DNA of 64,000 nucleotides from positions 992,001 to 1,056,000 of the forward strand of contig NC_043004.1 in assembly GCF_006345805.1 (NCBI RefSeq). Reading direction: 5' to 3'. Origin of the DNA: Octopus sinensis. Its lineage: Eukaryota. Below, in pieces: positions 41,352-53,683 of this stretch. Below the pieces are notes generated by a model. That model was given only the letters and a program-made list of their open reading frames with translations, was not told where the DNA came from and did not search any database. A program made the position numbers and the translations under genes. Each line of letters begins with the position of its first letter. The stretch's first letter is position 1.

Positions 41352-42467
41352 AGAGAAGTCCAACTGCGTTTCGTGGTTCGCTACCTCAACAGCTCCTTTA
41401 TAGGATCCAGTGACTAAAGACATCATCAGGAGGAACCATGTCCAGTTTCGGCCCCTACTCCTCTACCGTTTTCGGCGTGGCGGGCCCCACCCCTTTCGGA
41501 GATCTCTTCAGCTCTGGTGTTGAGTGCATTTCTTCTTTCTTCTGTTCTTTGGTTTCTTCGATGCAGCGTCAACGAGTGTCAGCGGGCGACTGACCTTCCT
41601 ATCAAATTTCCCTTTAAATACTCGCTGGTAGGCTCCAGTAGCCAGCACCAGCTAGTTGTCACATGACACTGTCTAAACTTCAACTGACGACCAATGGAAG
41701 GGAAGGTCGCGTAATCTTGGCGCGCGCCCTCTCTAAACTTGCCTTCCAGCAGTGTCGTGTTAGTTTCAGTTCCAGCAGCCAGAGCCGACCAGGTGTTTGG
41801 TGGCACAAGCCTTCGAACTAGGAGGAGTGGGTGCCATGAACGAGACCGCTACCTCTCAATCAGCGATGCTGCTTAAGTGTCAGCCAGTCTCACCTAGCGA
41901 CGCTATTTCCTAGTCGGCATGTTATAGCTTTCAAGACATTTTTGGTATTCTCGCTTCAGAAGATGGCTTTTTTCGACGGTCTCCTCTATCCTCCTTATTA
42001 CTTTTCTTAGCTCTGAGCTCGAAAATGCAAACTTTCTTTTGAATAACGTTGTCATTCTCCTTTCAATGAAGCCTCTAACACCCACTTGCCAGGTGGTAAT
42101 ACTGGACAGTCCTCCCCTGTTCCCCACACTCTTCGATTAATTTTTTGTACCTCTTCTCCTTCCATTGCTCTGCATCAGCGATGTTCTCTGTCAGCTTTAG
42201 CAAAATTCCAGTTCTCCGTTCTGTGTTCCATAGGATTAAGTCTAAGTCTTTTTGTCGTTTTTATGAGTGGAAATATTAACAGTCTTTCTAAATTCGTGGC
42301 CAGCTCCCAGTATCCCTTTCATCTTTCGTTTGTCTCGTATATTTTATTTGAAGGCCAGACATGCACACACACACACAAACACACACACACACACAACACA
42401 TACATGCACGCACATACACACACAGCACACATTCCCACACGCACACATAAAGACACATAGTCTTTAT

Positions 42468-42633
42468 AGGCGTATGAGCGGCTGTGTGGTAAGTAGCTTG
42501 CTTACCAGCCACATGGTTCCAGGTTCAGTCCCACTGCGTGGCACCTTGGGCAAGTGTCTTCTACTATAGCCTCAGGCCGACCAAAGCCTTGTGAGTGGAT
42601 TTGGTAGACGGAAACTGAAAGAAGCCCGTCATA

Positions 42634-42693
<60 letters not shown>

Positions 42694-42698
42694 ATATG

Positions 42699-42769
<71 letters not shown>

Positions 42770-42982
42770 ATGTATGTGTGTGTGTCTATGTTTGTCTCCC
42801 CCCTCCAACATCGTTGACAACCGATGGTGGTGTGTTTACGTCCTTGTAACTTAACGGTTCGGCAAAAGAGACTGAGAGAATAAGTACTAGGCTTACGAAG
42901 AATATGTCCTGGAGTAGATTTGCTCGATTAAAGGCGATACTCCAGCATGGCCACAGTCAAATGACTGAAACAAGCAAAAGAG
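42468..42982 (+). mobile_element. Full-length family A tRNA-headed, CORE-like SINE with an internal (TA)/(TG) tract
   Basis: A/B-box head, CACCTTGGGCAAGTG core, tail CCAGCATGGCCACAGTCAAATGACTGAAAC. Confidence 0.88.
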
Positions 42983-43046
42983 TACATATACATATACAGA
43001 GAGCGCGAGAGTGAGAGACAGAGTGACAGAGAGAGAGAGAGAGAGA

Positions 43047-43463
43047 GTGGAGTTGGTCAGCAGCAAAATGGACTTCCGATACGAGAAGAGAATCAAAAGA
43101 ATATTAACAGTGAGTGTTAAGCGAATCTGAATGATATTTCGTTTTTGGATTTGGTTTGCAAGATTCTTTATATGAGTTCGTGTGTTGAAGCATATTCTGT
43201 TGTGTCTGGGGAGAGTCGTTTTCTTTTTGTGCCTTATAATGTAACACGCTCACCGGTAAAATTTCCATAAAAAAAATAAAAATAGAAAAAAAGAAATAAG
43301 TGGAAATTTAAAGAAAATGACTCTCCCCAGACACAATATAATCTGAATGAACAAAACAGAAATCTCTGACGACTTAAGCCCCGATGTACGTAAAGTAATA
43401 AACCATTGATAAATATATTCTCGTCTCCACTAGTTTGTTTGCGTATCGCTTAACAAAGCTACA
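43047..43463 (+). mobile_element. Interrupted copy of the LTR-like sequence at 53684-53952, with an insert also seen at 8810-8945
   Basis: Shares GTTGGTCAGCAGC and GACTTAAGCCCCGATGTACGTAAAGTAATAAACC...AACAAAGCTACA. Confidence 0.65.
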
Positions 43464-43499
43464 CTACGTCTAATCTGTTATGTTAGCATTTTACAGAGA

Positions 43500-43745
43500 T
43501 TTTCAAGGAGACATTCCACAGCACTCTTTCACATTATGAGTGGTATTAACCACTACCACACAGTAGGTTCGTGTATCTTTCGTTTCAGACTCGTCCATTC
43601 GACGGATCTCATTGTTCAGTGTCTTGGCTACAACATCATGTCGCATTGGTGGACAATAATGCGATGACATTTTCGGACATAAGACGTTCATAATTTTGCC
43701 GGATTAGTCTTTCGCTGTGGGTTCTTTGGAAGTTGGTAAAATGCA
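43500..43745 (-). mobile_element. Old RLE-retrotransposon fragment
   Basis: LCPKMSSHYCPPMRHDVVAKTL resembles the end of the CCHC knuckle and the RHD motif of RLE elements. Confidence 0.5.
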
Positions 43746-43812
43746 AAATATATTTCGTTGGCCGCGTGAATAGTAACTGCAGAAAAATCCCCAAATGTTT
43801 AACTGAAATACT

Positions 43813-44240
43813 GGCTCTTTTCGGTTTGAACGGCAGTTTTTTCTAGCGTTGTCATATGAAATTGTCACCCATAATTATGACCCTAGTATCGATCTATTGC
43901 ATTTCAATTTGTTTTAGGGTTAGGGTTAGTTAGGGTTAGGGTTAGGGGTGGGGGAAGGGTATCTTCTTTTCTTCACCCAATAAACCCAATCTGTTTCTTA
44001 AACTAGGGACATATTCATACGGCACAGAATGTTCTTTACCCCAATGGACGTCATTGATTGGTTGAAATTGCAGAAATTGAAGGAAAAAACCCAACAAATA
44101 TCTAACAAACTATAGAATTTTCTCAATAAAGCCAAGAGAAAAAGATGTTTTATAAACACATTCTACCAGTATACGAAGTTTTAAATTTGTTAGTTACCTA
44201 GAAATTATGTTAAAAACTGCCGTTCAAACCGAAAAGATCC
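43813..44240. mobile_element. 428-bp MITE with 28-bp TIRs (GG...CC), an 8-bp TSD and an internal (TTAGGG)-like run
   Basis: TSD GAAATACT at 43805-43812 and 44241-44248; TIR GG(C/A)TCTTTTCGGTTTGAACGGCAGTTTT. Confidence 0.9.
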
Positions 44241-44455
44241 GAAATACTTATTGCTGGACAAAAGAATATTTGGTGTTGGCTGTTTATAATTAATGACATT
44301 AATAATTACGGACCGGGAGAGAGACAACTGTTCTGAAATGACAGGAGTTTATCTGTCAGATAACAATCAGTCGGCTCAAAATATACAAAGTCAACTGCGC
44401 AAATATCCACGTGGAGGTCCTTGGTTGTCTGCCCTAGGCCGCCAAATTGCTTTTA

Positions 44456-44681
44456 CGAGGGGCTGCTAAATAGTTCCTGGCTTTGGGTAAAAGAAAATAC
44501 AAGAGGATCAGTTAATTATAATTTTATTCAACATATTGCCCTCTCAGATTCACACGCAGTGGTCCTTCAGTTTTTTTTTATCCCTGTAAAAGAAGGTTGT
44601 GCCTCTAACCTCAGCAGGTTGGGTCTTAACCAGGCTTTTCGCAAAACCTTAAGGCCAGCAACTTTTCAGCACACCCCCTCA
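44456..44681. mobile_element. Mariner-type MITE
   Basis: TA-CGAGGGGCTGCTAAATAGTTCCTGGC ... GCCAGCAACTTTTCAGCACACCCCCTCA-TA: imperfect mariner-like TIRs and a TA TSD. Confidence 0.7.
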
Positions 44682-45385
44682 TATAAGGGACCGGAAGCCA
44701 AAGTCTAGAATGTTTGAGAAAACCATGTCACACCCACTGCCTCACACTGACTGGCCGGTTAATCGACCGATCACGTGAAACTGTGGTGGTTTCCTTGTGG
44801 TGTCTGAACGATTGTCTTTCGATTGGAGTTTTGAATCACCGCTACTCCTTATAACAAACACATCGAGATACAATAAAAAGGAAAAAGAGATAAAGGAATA
44901 AAGAAAATGTTTGAAAACCGGTAGATATCGCCCCAGATATTTGCAGTTTAGTCATCATATTTGCAGATTAGAATCGACATAATATTGATGAGGTTTTAGT
45001 TGTTTTAATTTTGCTTACATATTTCTTATGGGATGGTTGTACTTCATAATGAAAATCCTTTGTCGCGTGAACATCCTAGCGTATATTGTTTGGAAATATA
45101 ATAGAATAATGTATCAATTATACGACTTTCATGCAATAACAAAACAAAAACAATATCGACGGCAAATTATTTGAATGAAGGGCGACAGGTAAGATATACT
45201 GGAAGATCTTTATGGTGTCTTGTGAAGAGAACTGTGGTTATTGCTGTTTTTTTTTCTTTATTTATTGGTAACGTGTTAATTTATTTCCGTTTGATCGATT
45301 TTGGTTAATGTGACATCACTTCGGTTTTGAATAGAATATCAGAGACAATTAATCAGACAACAAATGTATTCGGTTAAGTTACTCT

Positions 45386-45423
<38 letters not shown>

Positions 45424-45632
45424 TGTGTGTGTGTGTGAGTGTGAGTGTGTGTGTGTGTATGTGTGTGTGTGCGCGCGCGAGTGAAATATGACTTCTCTCA
45501 AAACATGAACGGTAACGAACAGATTCGCTCCTTTTACAACGCTTGCAGTGCCATAATTTTCCATGAATAACGTTACCACATGTAGTAAGGTGACGTGGTA
45601 AATTACAATTTTTACAGGTGTACATATTCATA

Positions 45633-46018
45633 GTGAAGGCGCAATGGCCCAGTGGTTAGGGCAGCGGACTCGCGGTCGTAGGATCGCGGTTTCGATTCCA
45701 GACCGGGCGTTGTGAGTGTTTATTGAGCGAAAACATCTGAAGCTCCACGAGGCTCCGGCAGGGGATGGTGGTGATCCCTGCTGTACTCTTTCACCACAAC
45801 TTTCTCTCACTCTTACTTCCTGTTTCTGTTGTACCTGTATTTCAAAGGGCCGGCCTTGTCACTCTCTGTGTCACGTTGAATATCCCCGAGAACTGCGTTA
45901 AGGGTACACGTGTCTGTGGAGTGCTCAGCCACTTACACGTTAATTTCACGAGCAGGCTGTTCCGTTGATCGGATCAACTGGAACCCTCGTTGTCGTAACC
46001 GACGGAGTGCTTCCACAC
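45633..46018 (+). mobile_element. Full-length family C tRNA-headed SINE with an 11-bp TSD
   Basis: TGGCCCAGTGG A box and GGTTTCGATTCC B box; TSD ACATATTCATA at 45622-45632 and 46019-46029. Confidence 0.9.
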
Positions 46019-46204
46019 ACATATTCATAATTAATCGATGCCGTACCAACCACTGAAGAATGTTGTCTCCAGCTTTTCCTAATTGAATGATAGTCCACAA
46101 TTCCTCTAAGATTGATTTGTTCCTTTGCTTCTTTTATTACTTATCTCCCCCTTAATTTTTATTTATTTTTTAATCTAACCAAACTGAAAAATAACATGTA
46201 TATA

Positions 46205-46480
46205 ACCGGGTTCAGTCCCACTGCGTGGCACCTTGGGCAAGTGTCTTCTACTATAGTCTCGGGTCGATCTATGTACGTGTGTGTATATGTTTGTGTGTCT
46301 GTGTTTGTCCCCCCCAACATCGCTTGACAACCGATGCTGGTGTGTTTATGTCCCCATAACTTAGCGGTTCAGCAAAAACAGATCGATAGAATAAGTCCTG
46401 GGGTCGATTTGCTCGACTAAAAGCGGTGCTCCAACATGGCCACAGTCAAATGACCGAAGCAAGTAAAAGAGTAAAGAGTA
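46205..46480 (+). mobile_element. Internally deleted family A SINE
   Basis: Core and tail present; the head and middle segments are missing. Confidence 0.75.
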
Positions 46481-46571
46481 TGTGTGTGTGTGTATGCATA
46501 TATATAAGTGCCTATGTTTGTACATATATATATATGTATGCATATGTATGTGTTTATGTATGTGTACAATA

Positions 46572-46616
<45 letters not shown>

Positions 46617-46679
46617 CTGCGTGTGTGTATGTGTGTAATTTTACAGTTGACAATAACTTCGAAATATCGCCTTTCTCAC

Positions 46680-46752
46680 CGTCGTCAGACAGCTTGAAAC
46701 TTCGAAACCGGAACTTCAATGTCACTTCCAAGCTTTTCTCCGAAAAACTCAT
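46680..46752 (-). CDS. Candidate first coding exon (A) of an unidentified spliced gene: MSFSEKSLEVTLKFRFRSFKLSDD
   Basis: Long pyrimidine tract ending TTTGCGCAG (AG 46768-46767, exon starts 46766). ATG at 46752. Donor ACG/GTGAGA at 46679. Ends in phase 1, matching exon B. Confidence 0.5.
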
Positions 46753-48224
46753 TAAAATGTACTCTACTGCGCAAAAAAAACAAACAAAAAACAAAAAGCA
46801 AAAACAAAAGCAAACAAACAAAAAAATTAAAAGAAAAGAAAAATATTGAGAAAACTTTACAATTCGATGTTAAATTCTTTCTATATATAACTTGACATAA
46901 AAAAACAAACACATATAGACCTTGTCAGCCAAGACTTCCTTTTGTACCCACCAAAAACTCCCCTTTTTATAAATTTAATCTTTTTTTTCTATTCAAACCC
47001 CAGTTTTCGGCTACGGAGAATACGAATCTGCAAAAAAATTGACAAAAATCGGCATTTTGAAATTACCACCAGCCCTCCGTAAATTCTTCATTTTAAACTT
47101 TTTTTCAGAATTTTTTTTTCAAAATATACAGAAAATTACGGAGAAATTTTTCTAGTTAGAGTTACGGTTAGTTACTTGTTTCAGTCATTGGATTGCGACC
47201 ATGCTGGGGCATCGCCTTAAAGGGTTTTTGTCAAACAAACACAGGCTTCTTTCAATTCCTGTCTACCAAATCCACACACAAGGCTTTGGCCGATCCTGGG
47301 CTATAGCAGAGTCGAGCAGTAAACTTCTCACCACACAGCCATACACACAAAAGACATACACCACACACACACACACATGTGCGTTGACTGCAGCACCAGA
47401 GCCCTTTAGCTCTTACTCTCGAGAGAATGAACTAAGCAGAGCAGGAAGACATACAAGAACGGAAAATGTCACTGAAGAGGTCACAGATGTGTGACGAAAG
47501 ATTTCCGGACAATGGACATGAGTTAGAATAAGAACAATAATAAACGAGCGAAGAACGAATATATAGTGCGTGTGTTTATTTGGAAAAATAAATGACCGTC
47601 CCGAAATACAGCAATATTTGTTTCAACACACAGCTTCACATCAGGAATCTTGCAACACAAATTTATATATTAGTGCAAAACTGGTGTACGCTTGGATAAT
47701 AAAATATGCCTTCGAAAGAACAACTTTTTTCTATACAGACATATATATATATATATATATATATGCACATAAGCATACACAAATACATACATACACACAC
47801 GCGCACACACACACACCACACACACACACTTCGATGCATTTTTAATACAGTTAATATTCGTTACTAAGCACAATATCATCATAAATACTGCTATTCTATC
47901 GACGTCTATGTAAAGTGAAAACCGAGTCTATATCAGTCATATTATTGTCAACCTTTTGATGGAAACCAAATAAAAGAAGTGCATTGTTTGTTTATATATA
48001 ACATGCAGTTTTATAATCAAATATTGTTACATACAAAATGAAAGTGAAGCGAAGTTAGCCGAGGCATAGATATTTAATAGCTATGTAATCTTATTACTAT
48101 TTATGTTAAAGCAATAGGCGTACCTTTACAATTGTGCGCAGCCGACTTTGTTTTCTCCTGACTTCCAGAAAAATGGATATTTTTTAATAAAATTCACACG
48201 AGTCGGTTTGGTTTTGTCATAACT

Positions 48225-48321
48225 TTGCAACCACGTAGTTTCAGGTTCAGTCTCACAGCACGGCACATTGGGTGTCTTCCGCTATATTGTCGGGCCGATC
48301 AGGGGCATGTGAGTAAATTTG

Positions 48322-48364
<43 letters not shown>

Positions 48365-48600
48365 TGTATATATGTGCGCGTGTATATATGTGTATGTCTT
48401 TGTGTTTGTCTCACACTACCTGACAACCGGTGTTGGTTTGTTTACGCCTCCATATCTTAGAGGCTTGCAAAAGACACCGATTGTCCAAGTACCAGAATTA
48501 GAACTAAGTCGGTCGTAGGGTCGATTGTTTTGGCTGAGCACTTCAAGGCGTTGCCCCAGCATGGCCGTTGTCCAATGACTGAACAAATTAAAGATAAATG
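48225..48600 (+). mobile_element. Diverged family A-related SINE
   Basis: CACATTGGGTGTCTTCCGCTAT core and tail GCCCCAGCATGGCCGTTGTCCAATGACTGAAC. Confidence 0.6.
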
Positions 48601-49565
48601 ACAAACGTTTCTTTAAATGGTGCGGTGATTAAAGAATGCACGAATATCCATTCTTTATACATTTATAAAACTGTGGAGAAAGAAGAGATGCATCTTATTG
48701 TGTCTTGGGAGGGTCATTACACCAGTAATTATAAACACACGCACTGTTTCAGCATCAGTTCTTTATTCTTATTCAATAAGTCAAATATCAAACCAACCAA
48801 TTAATCGATTTTTGTTTAACGCGTTGGTTAAACAATCAAAGTTATTGTCAAGGTACTTTCGTCGTTACTCGTGACCTCATTAATGACCTGCTCCCTGTCT
48901 TGAAGGTCAGAAACAAAACCTCTTACAGTTATCACAACTGTAAGACTGACAGCTGCCTAGTAACTCTTAGTATTCCATTAATCTCTTTCTGCGAACGCTA
49001 AGACGACTCATACGGGAGATATCTTATGAATACGGAATGTGATTTAATGGAATATATTAAGCATACTGTGTTGTAGCAGTAATAGTTTCGATCGTCTTAA
49101 GATGTTCCAAGCGTGACCACCTCATCTTTTTTGTCGTAAGAGATGGATAATGTAATGTGTTATTTCTGCAATAGACTCGGGTGTGATCTGAAGAAGATTT
49201 GGTTGTTACTTCTAGCAGATCGAGTGACGACGTGTATACGCGCGCATGCGTGTCTGTAATATCTTATTAAGCATTTTCGTGATGTGAAGGCGCGGGTTCA
49301 GGGGTCAAGGAATTACAAGATCGTGGTTCCGTTTCTCGGACTGAGCGATGCGTTTTGTCCTTGAGTAAAACACTGCATTGCAAGTAGCTCTACTTGGTGC
49401 ACCGTGCACCTGCACAGACAACGTCGGTTGGATGCAGTAAGTGAGATAATCATGTATAACACAAGCATTTGACCCCAAATCATTTGTACTGGGTTTTCAG
49501 CTATAAGTTTATCGCCTGCGACAGGAGATTCCCCGCCAATTACCTGAAAATTATGACCCTAAATA

Positions 49566-51473
49566 CCGGGGTTTTCCGAAATTCCGCCCAGGGCTGATAA
49601 ACGGAAAATTCTATTTTACAAAAACTACTTTTTGACTTAAATAAGCGCCCATGGGCAGTGATATGGAAGTAAAATATTTCACCTAGGAAAAACAAAGATA
49701 TTCTCAAAAACCATATTTATTTTATACAATTCCATTGAGCTTTTATCGTTTCAGTTATCAGATATACAGACATAAAGAAACTGAAACAGCCTTAAAAGAA
49801 GAAGCATATTAAAAAAATATTCTGAAGTTAACAATGGATCTATTAGAAAAATATTGAAAACTGTTGGAATAGAAGCTTCGTATGAACAAATAATGTCCTT
49901 GGGCATTTATGATAGAATAATAACCGAATAGTTTCAAGTTAAGTGTCACGAATTTCTTCATTTGTTGCTTGGCCATAATTCACATCAGAGCTAATTTCAT
50001 TTACTTGTATCTCATCTTCTTGTTCAATTTTGTATCTGGTGTGCATCTGGCGCATTTCCCTCAAGACCAGATAAAACATCCTGTGAGCGTGAGTTTAAGA
50101 GGCTGTGTTCTACAGTCTGTCCACGAGGAGCAATTTTACAAGATTCAAAAGCATGCTTCATAGTTTATTTAAAGTGGCAAAAACTTGGGTCACAAAGTTC
50201 ACGATCTCTTGATAAGAAGGTTTTTTTGCGATACCCTTTATTTGTATACTCCTTTCTGCCATTTGAAAACCAATTCTCCCATTCAGCACGAAGGGCTTTC
50301 TTGAAAGGACCAATAATTGATACATCTGACGGCTGCAAGTAAGATGCTGTTTTAGGAGGTATAAGGTTGAGAATTGTATTCCTACGTTTGAACACTTCTA
50401 GGAGCTGTTTTCTTGTGCACTGAGCATTCATCCATGAATAGCACTGAATTTTGAGCATAGTGGTGTTGTTCTCTGCTCAAATACTTTGTCAGCCCACAGC
50501 TGCATGAGTTCATATGTGATTGATCCCCTGTTGGAGACTGTTAAGTAAATATTCTTTGGGACCTTGATTTTAGGCACGTTTTTCAATCTTTTAAGGATAA
50601 TCATTGTTTTCAACATTTCCTGCAGCATTAACACACAACACAGCAGTAAAACGAGCTTTGGTAGCACCACAGTGGCTAACATCTACATTTTACTCGCCAA
50701 CAAAGTCAATGATTGTTGAACTCAACATGTCAACGTATACAGGTGTTTCATCTATATTATAAATCTGGTCAGCATCCTTATCTGCTGTTAATACTGGAAT
50801 GCTATCTAGATAGTCACTGGCGATTTGTGCATTTTCTCCAAGTGTTTTATTGTCCGCTTGACCAACACGTGTAATCTTTCTCACAGTCAGTTTATTCCGT
50901 TTCATGAAGTTGAAAATCCATTTATCAGAACATCCAAAGCTGTTCATTTCAATTCCAAACTTTTTTACCAATTCAAAAGTATATTCCCGTAAACGGCGAT
51001 AATTTACAATTATAATGTTTGTACGCTGAACAACAATCCACTGTAAGGGTTCAATCTCTAGATCTCTAAGTGCTGGTCCTCTACCTCCACCAATTGATCT
51101 GCGCCTCCTCTTGTCTGACATTGATTAACTCAGTTTCTTTTGTGCACCATTCTCTCAACCGTTTTCTATCAATACCTAAGTCTCTTAACGCAGCAGATAA
51201 ATTGCCAGAATGTTCTTTCACTCGTTTAATAGCACACAATTTTTCACTAATGGTATATGATCGTTGAATTCGTTTTGATATATTTTCTTTCGACTCCATT
51301 ATTGGGAATAAAAATCCTTTGAATTTATCTACAGATGTATAGCAAATGAACGTCTAAACAGAACGCAAACAAGAACACTAACTCTGTTTCAATTTTTAAC
51401 CACAAATAACCACCCATCCAAACAAAAGCCCATAGGCGATCTAATGGATGGGCGGATTTTCGGAAAACCCTGG
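49566..51473 (-). mobile_element. pogo-like (DDE_1/CENP-B; POGK-like architecture) DNA transposon, 1908 bp, frameshifted transposase at about 51299-50165
   Basis: TIR CC(G/A)GGGTTTTCCGAAA(T/A)TCCGCCC with TA on both sides. N-terminal HTH RSYTISEKLCAIKRV, CENP-B-like HTH FGCSDKWIFNFMKRNKL, and DDE motifs IYNIDETP and LQPSDVSIIGPFK. Confidence 0.92.
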
Positions 51474-51678
51474 TATTTGTAAATTGTGTATATTTGAGTA
51501 ATTCTAGTTTGGTTACATCCAACATACCAACAGTTTAATTCAAGTTCGCAAAACTTCAGACATTTTAATTCTGGTTTAATAATTCTTTGATTGTTCGTGA
51601 TCTATACTAAAAGACACCAATGCTGTACACTTCTATAAAATAAAATAAAAATAAAGAATACAAAACGTTTTTTTACTT

Positions 51679-52980
51679 CTATCCAAAGGGTGTTACATCC
51701 GTTTTCCGTCTGAAAAATATGGAAACACCTCTAAACATTTGCAAAAGTTCTTGGCGGAATGTCGTTCCGGTGAGAATGAAAAGGAAGAAATGTGATACGT
51801 TATTCGTGTACTGGACCATATTAACAACAGCCCAGCTAATATTATAATATGCCGAGTTATCTTCCTCATCGAAACGAGACCAGATGAGAAACGAGGTGAT
51901 AGGAGATGTTGTGAGACCAAATGCCACTAACACAGACAGTAACATTGCTGAGAGACCGACCACTTTCGACATCTGATTACTTTGTCGTTCTTTTGAACCT
52001 TTATTCACTTCGGTTCCATTAAGCTTAGAATTATTTGGCAGTAGGGTATTTTCTTTTTTACCCACGATGCCCGCAAAGGCTGTTCTCGTAGTTTCCGTGA
52101 CTGTTGAGATTTGATCGGTTGCTGGTGTCGCTGATGTAGCACATCTTGGCATTCTTTTCTTTTGCATTTTTACTTTAGTTTTTCGAACTTTGCCAATGAT
52201 GAACACGTGACTAATGACCATTATACAAAACGGCAAGAAGAAAAAGAAGAGGAAATCTATCCACGGGAAAACATTGATATAAAAATACATCTTTCCATCA
52301 TCCGATTTACAGGCAACGTTTTCTGTCATCTGTGGAGTTGATAAAGGGATTCGATAGGTCACGTATTCGTTGTCATCAGAATAATTTCTTTTTATTAAAT
52401 AGGTTGCGTCCCAATTATCATTACAATAAATTTCATCGATATTATAAGCGCAAGTCACTTTTGTTAAACGATAAGTTATTATGTAATGACCGTTGACTAT
52501 TGTTAGAAGAATGCCGGTGGCTATCACTGTTAGTGTAGCTTTTGATCGGTTCCAGTGGTCGCGTGCAATGAAAGGACGAACTATTAAGAGAAAGCGCTCG
52601 ATTGCAATTAAAGCCAGCAACCAGGATCCTAAATCAAGAACAAAATAGACAAGGAAAGTGTGTATCTTGCAAAGAAAATCAGACTGAAGGCGTATGTCGA
52701 AATTATATACATTTGAAAGATAGAGTCTGAGAAGTCCCAGCCAAAGACCGATTAAATCAGCGAAAGAAAGAAGTGTCAAGAGATACATAGATGTAATTTT
52801 TCGAATCTTGGGGCGGAGTAATACACAAATTGATAGTACTGATCCGATTGTCCCTAGCGCCAGTAATAGTGGAGACATATACTGCCATATTAGTTGACTC
52901 GCGTCTTCCGCCACTATTTCGCTCGGAGTTACTTGCTCTTGCATCTTATTAAATGTAGTTTTACCTTCAGTAGTCGCCAT
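51679..52980 (-). CDS. Intronless class A (rhodopsin-family) GPCR, 433 aa, most like the FMRFamide-receptor/GPR139-142-like peptide receptor group
   Basis: Uninterrupted ATG-to-stop ORF with seven hydrophobic segments. TM1 G-x-x-G-S, TM2 LLSFAD, TM3 ending IAIERF (DRY position), TM5 FFFFLPF, TM7 QYTNNVSHFFLF, helix 8 FRQELLQMF. Confidence 0.93.
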   Translation of the reverse strand: MATTEGKTTFNKMQEQVTPSEIVAEDASQLIWQYMSPLLLALGTIGSVLSICVLLRPKIRKITSMYLLTLLSFADLIGLWLGLLRLYLSNVYNFDIRLQSDFLCKIHTFLVYFVLDLGSWLLALIAIERFLLIVRPFIARDHWNRSKATLTVIATGILLTIVNGHYIITYRLTKVTCAYNIDEIYCNDNWDATYLIKRNYSDDNEYVTYRIPLSTPQMTENVACKSDDGKMYFYINVFPWIDFLFFFFLPFCIMVISHVFIIGKVRKTKVKMQKKRMPRCATSATPATDQISTVTETTRTAFAGIVGKKENTLLPNNSKLNGTEVNKGSKERQSNQMSKVVGLSAMLLSVLVAFGLTTSPITSFLIWSRFDEEDNSAYYNISWAVVNMVQYTNNVSHFFLFILTGTTFRQELLQMFRGVSIFFRRKTDVTPFG

Positions 52981-53439
52981 GTTTAATGGAAATTAACAGT
53001 AAAAGTAAGCGCTAATACACCTAATGTCTTTGATTAATCAAGCTATATTCGTAATGGAATGTAGGAAACATTCACGTCTGTTGTGTGTAAATCGATTTGA
53101 ATTGCAGTTTATTATATCAATCTTCCACATGCACCGAAAGAACGAAGAAATCCTCAAATTCAACTTCCATTGTAAAATCTGATTTTCGGAAAAATGATAA
53201 TATTTCTCTCATTTTATGATAAATTTTATGCGTTTACTGTGAGTTCTTTGCTGAGTACAATGACAGAATCGGAAAGCTAATTCTATTCATTACGTGCTCC
53301 ATGTCTGTAGAAAGAAGGTCTTCAGTGGCCCTGAAAAGATAAGTTCAGAACATTATGTGTCATGCAATGGCTACAAATGCAAGTATCTTTGCAACAAAAC
53401 AGCATACAATTGAGGTATGAGAGGTAACGAAAAAAAGCG

Positions 53440-53668
53440 AAAATGTATGTACATCGGTTTCAAATTTTGATACATAGCCACAAATTTCGGGGAAGTGGGT
53501 AAGTCGATTACATCGACCTCTAGCGTTCAACTGGTACTCATTGTATCTACCCTCAAAGGATGAAAAGTAAAGTGAACCTCGTCGGAATTTGAACTCAGGA
53601 TATAAAGACGGACGCAATGCTTGCTAAGCATTTTGCCCGGCGTGCTAATGATTCTGCCAGCTTTCCTC
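53440..53668 (-). mobile_element. Family D SINE (further minus-strand pieces at about 54615-54770 and 55433-55580; a plus-strand one at about 10423-10612)
   Basis: Reverse complement of the 4360-4592 consensus. Confidence 0.75.
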
Positions 53669-53683
53669 CTTAATCTGCATGTA

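Noticed and set aside
43915-43948. TTAGGG run as a telomere or fusion scar
   Set aside because: Only about five units, enclosed within a TIR/TSD-bounded MITE.
45633-45710. tRNA-like sequences here, at 32950-33030 and at family A heads as tRNA genes
   Set aside because: They have A/B boxes but no clean cloverleaf or acceptor stem, and they continue into SINE bodies.
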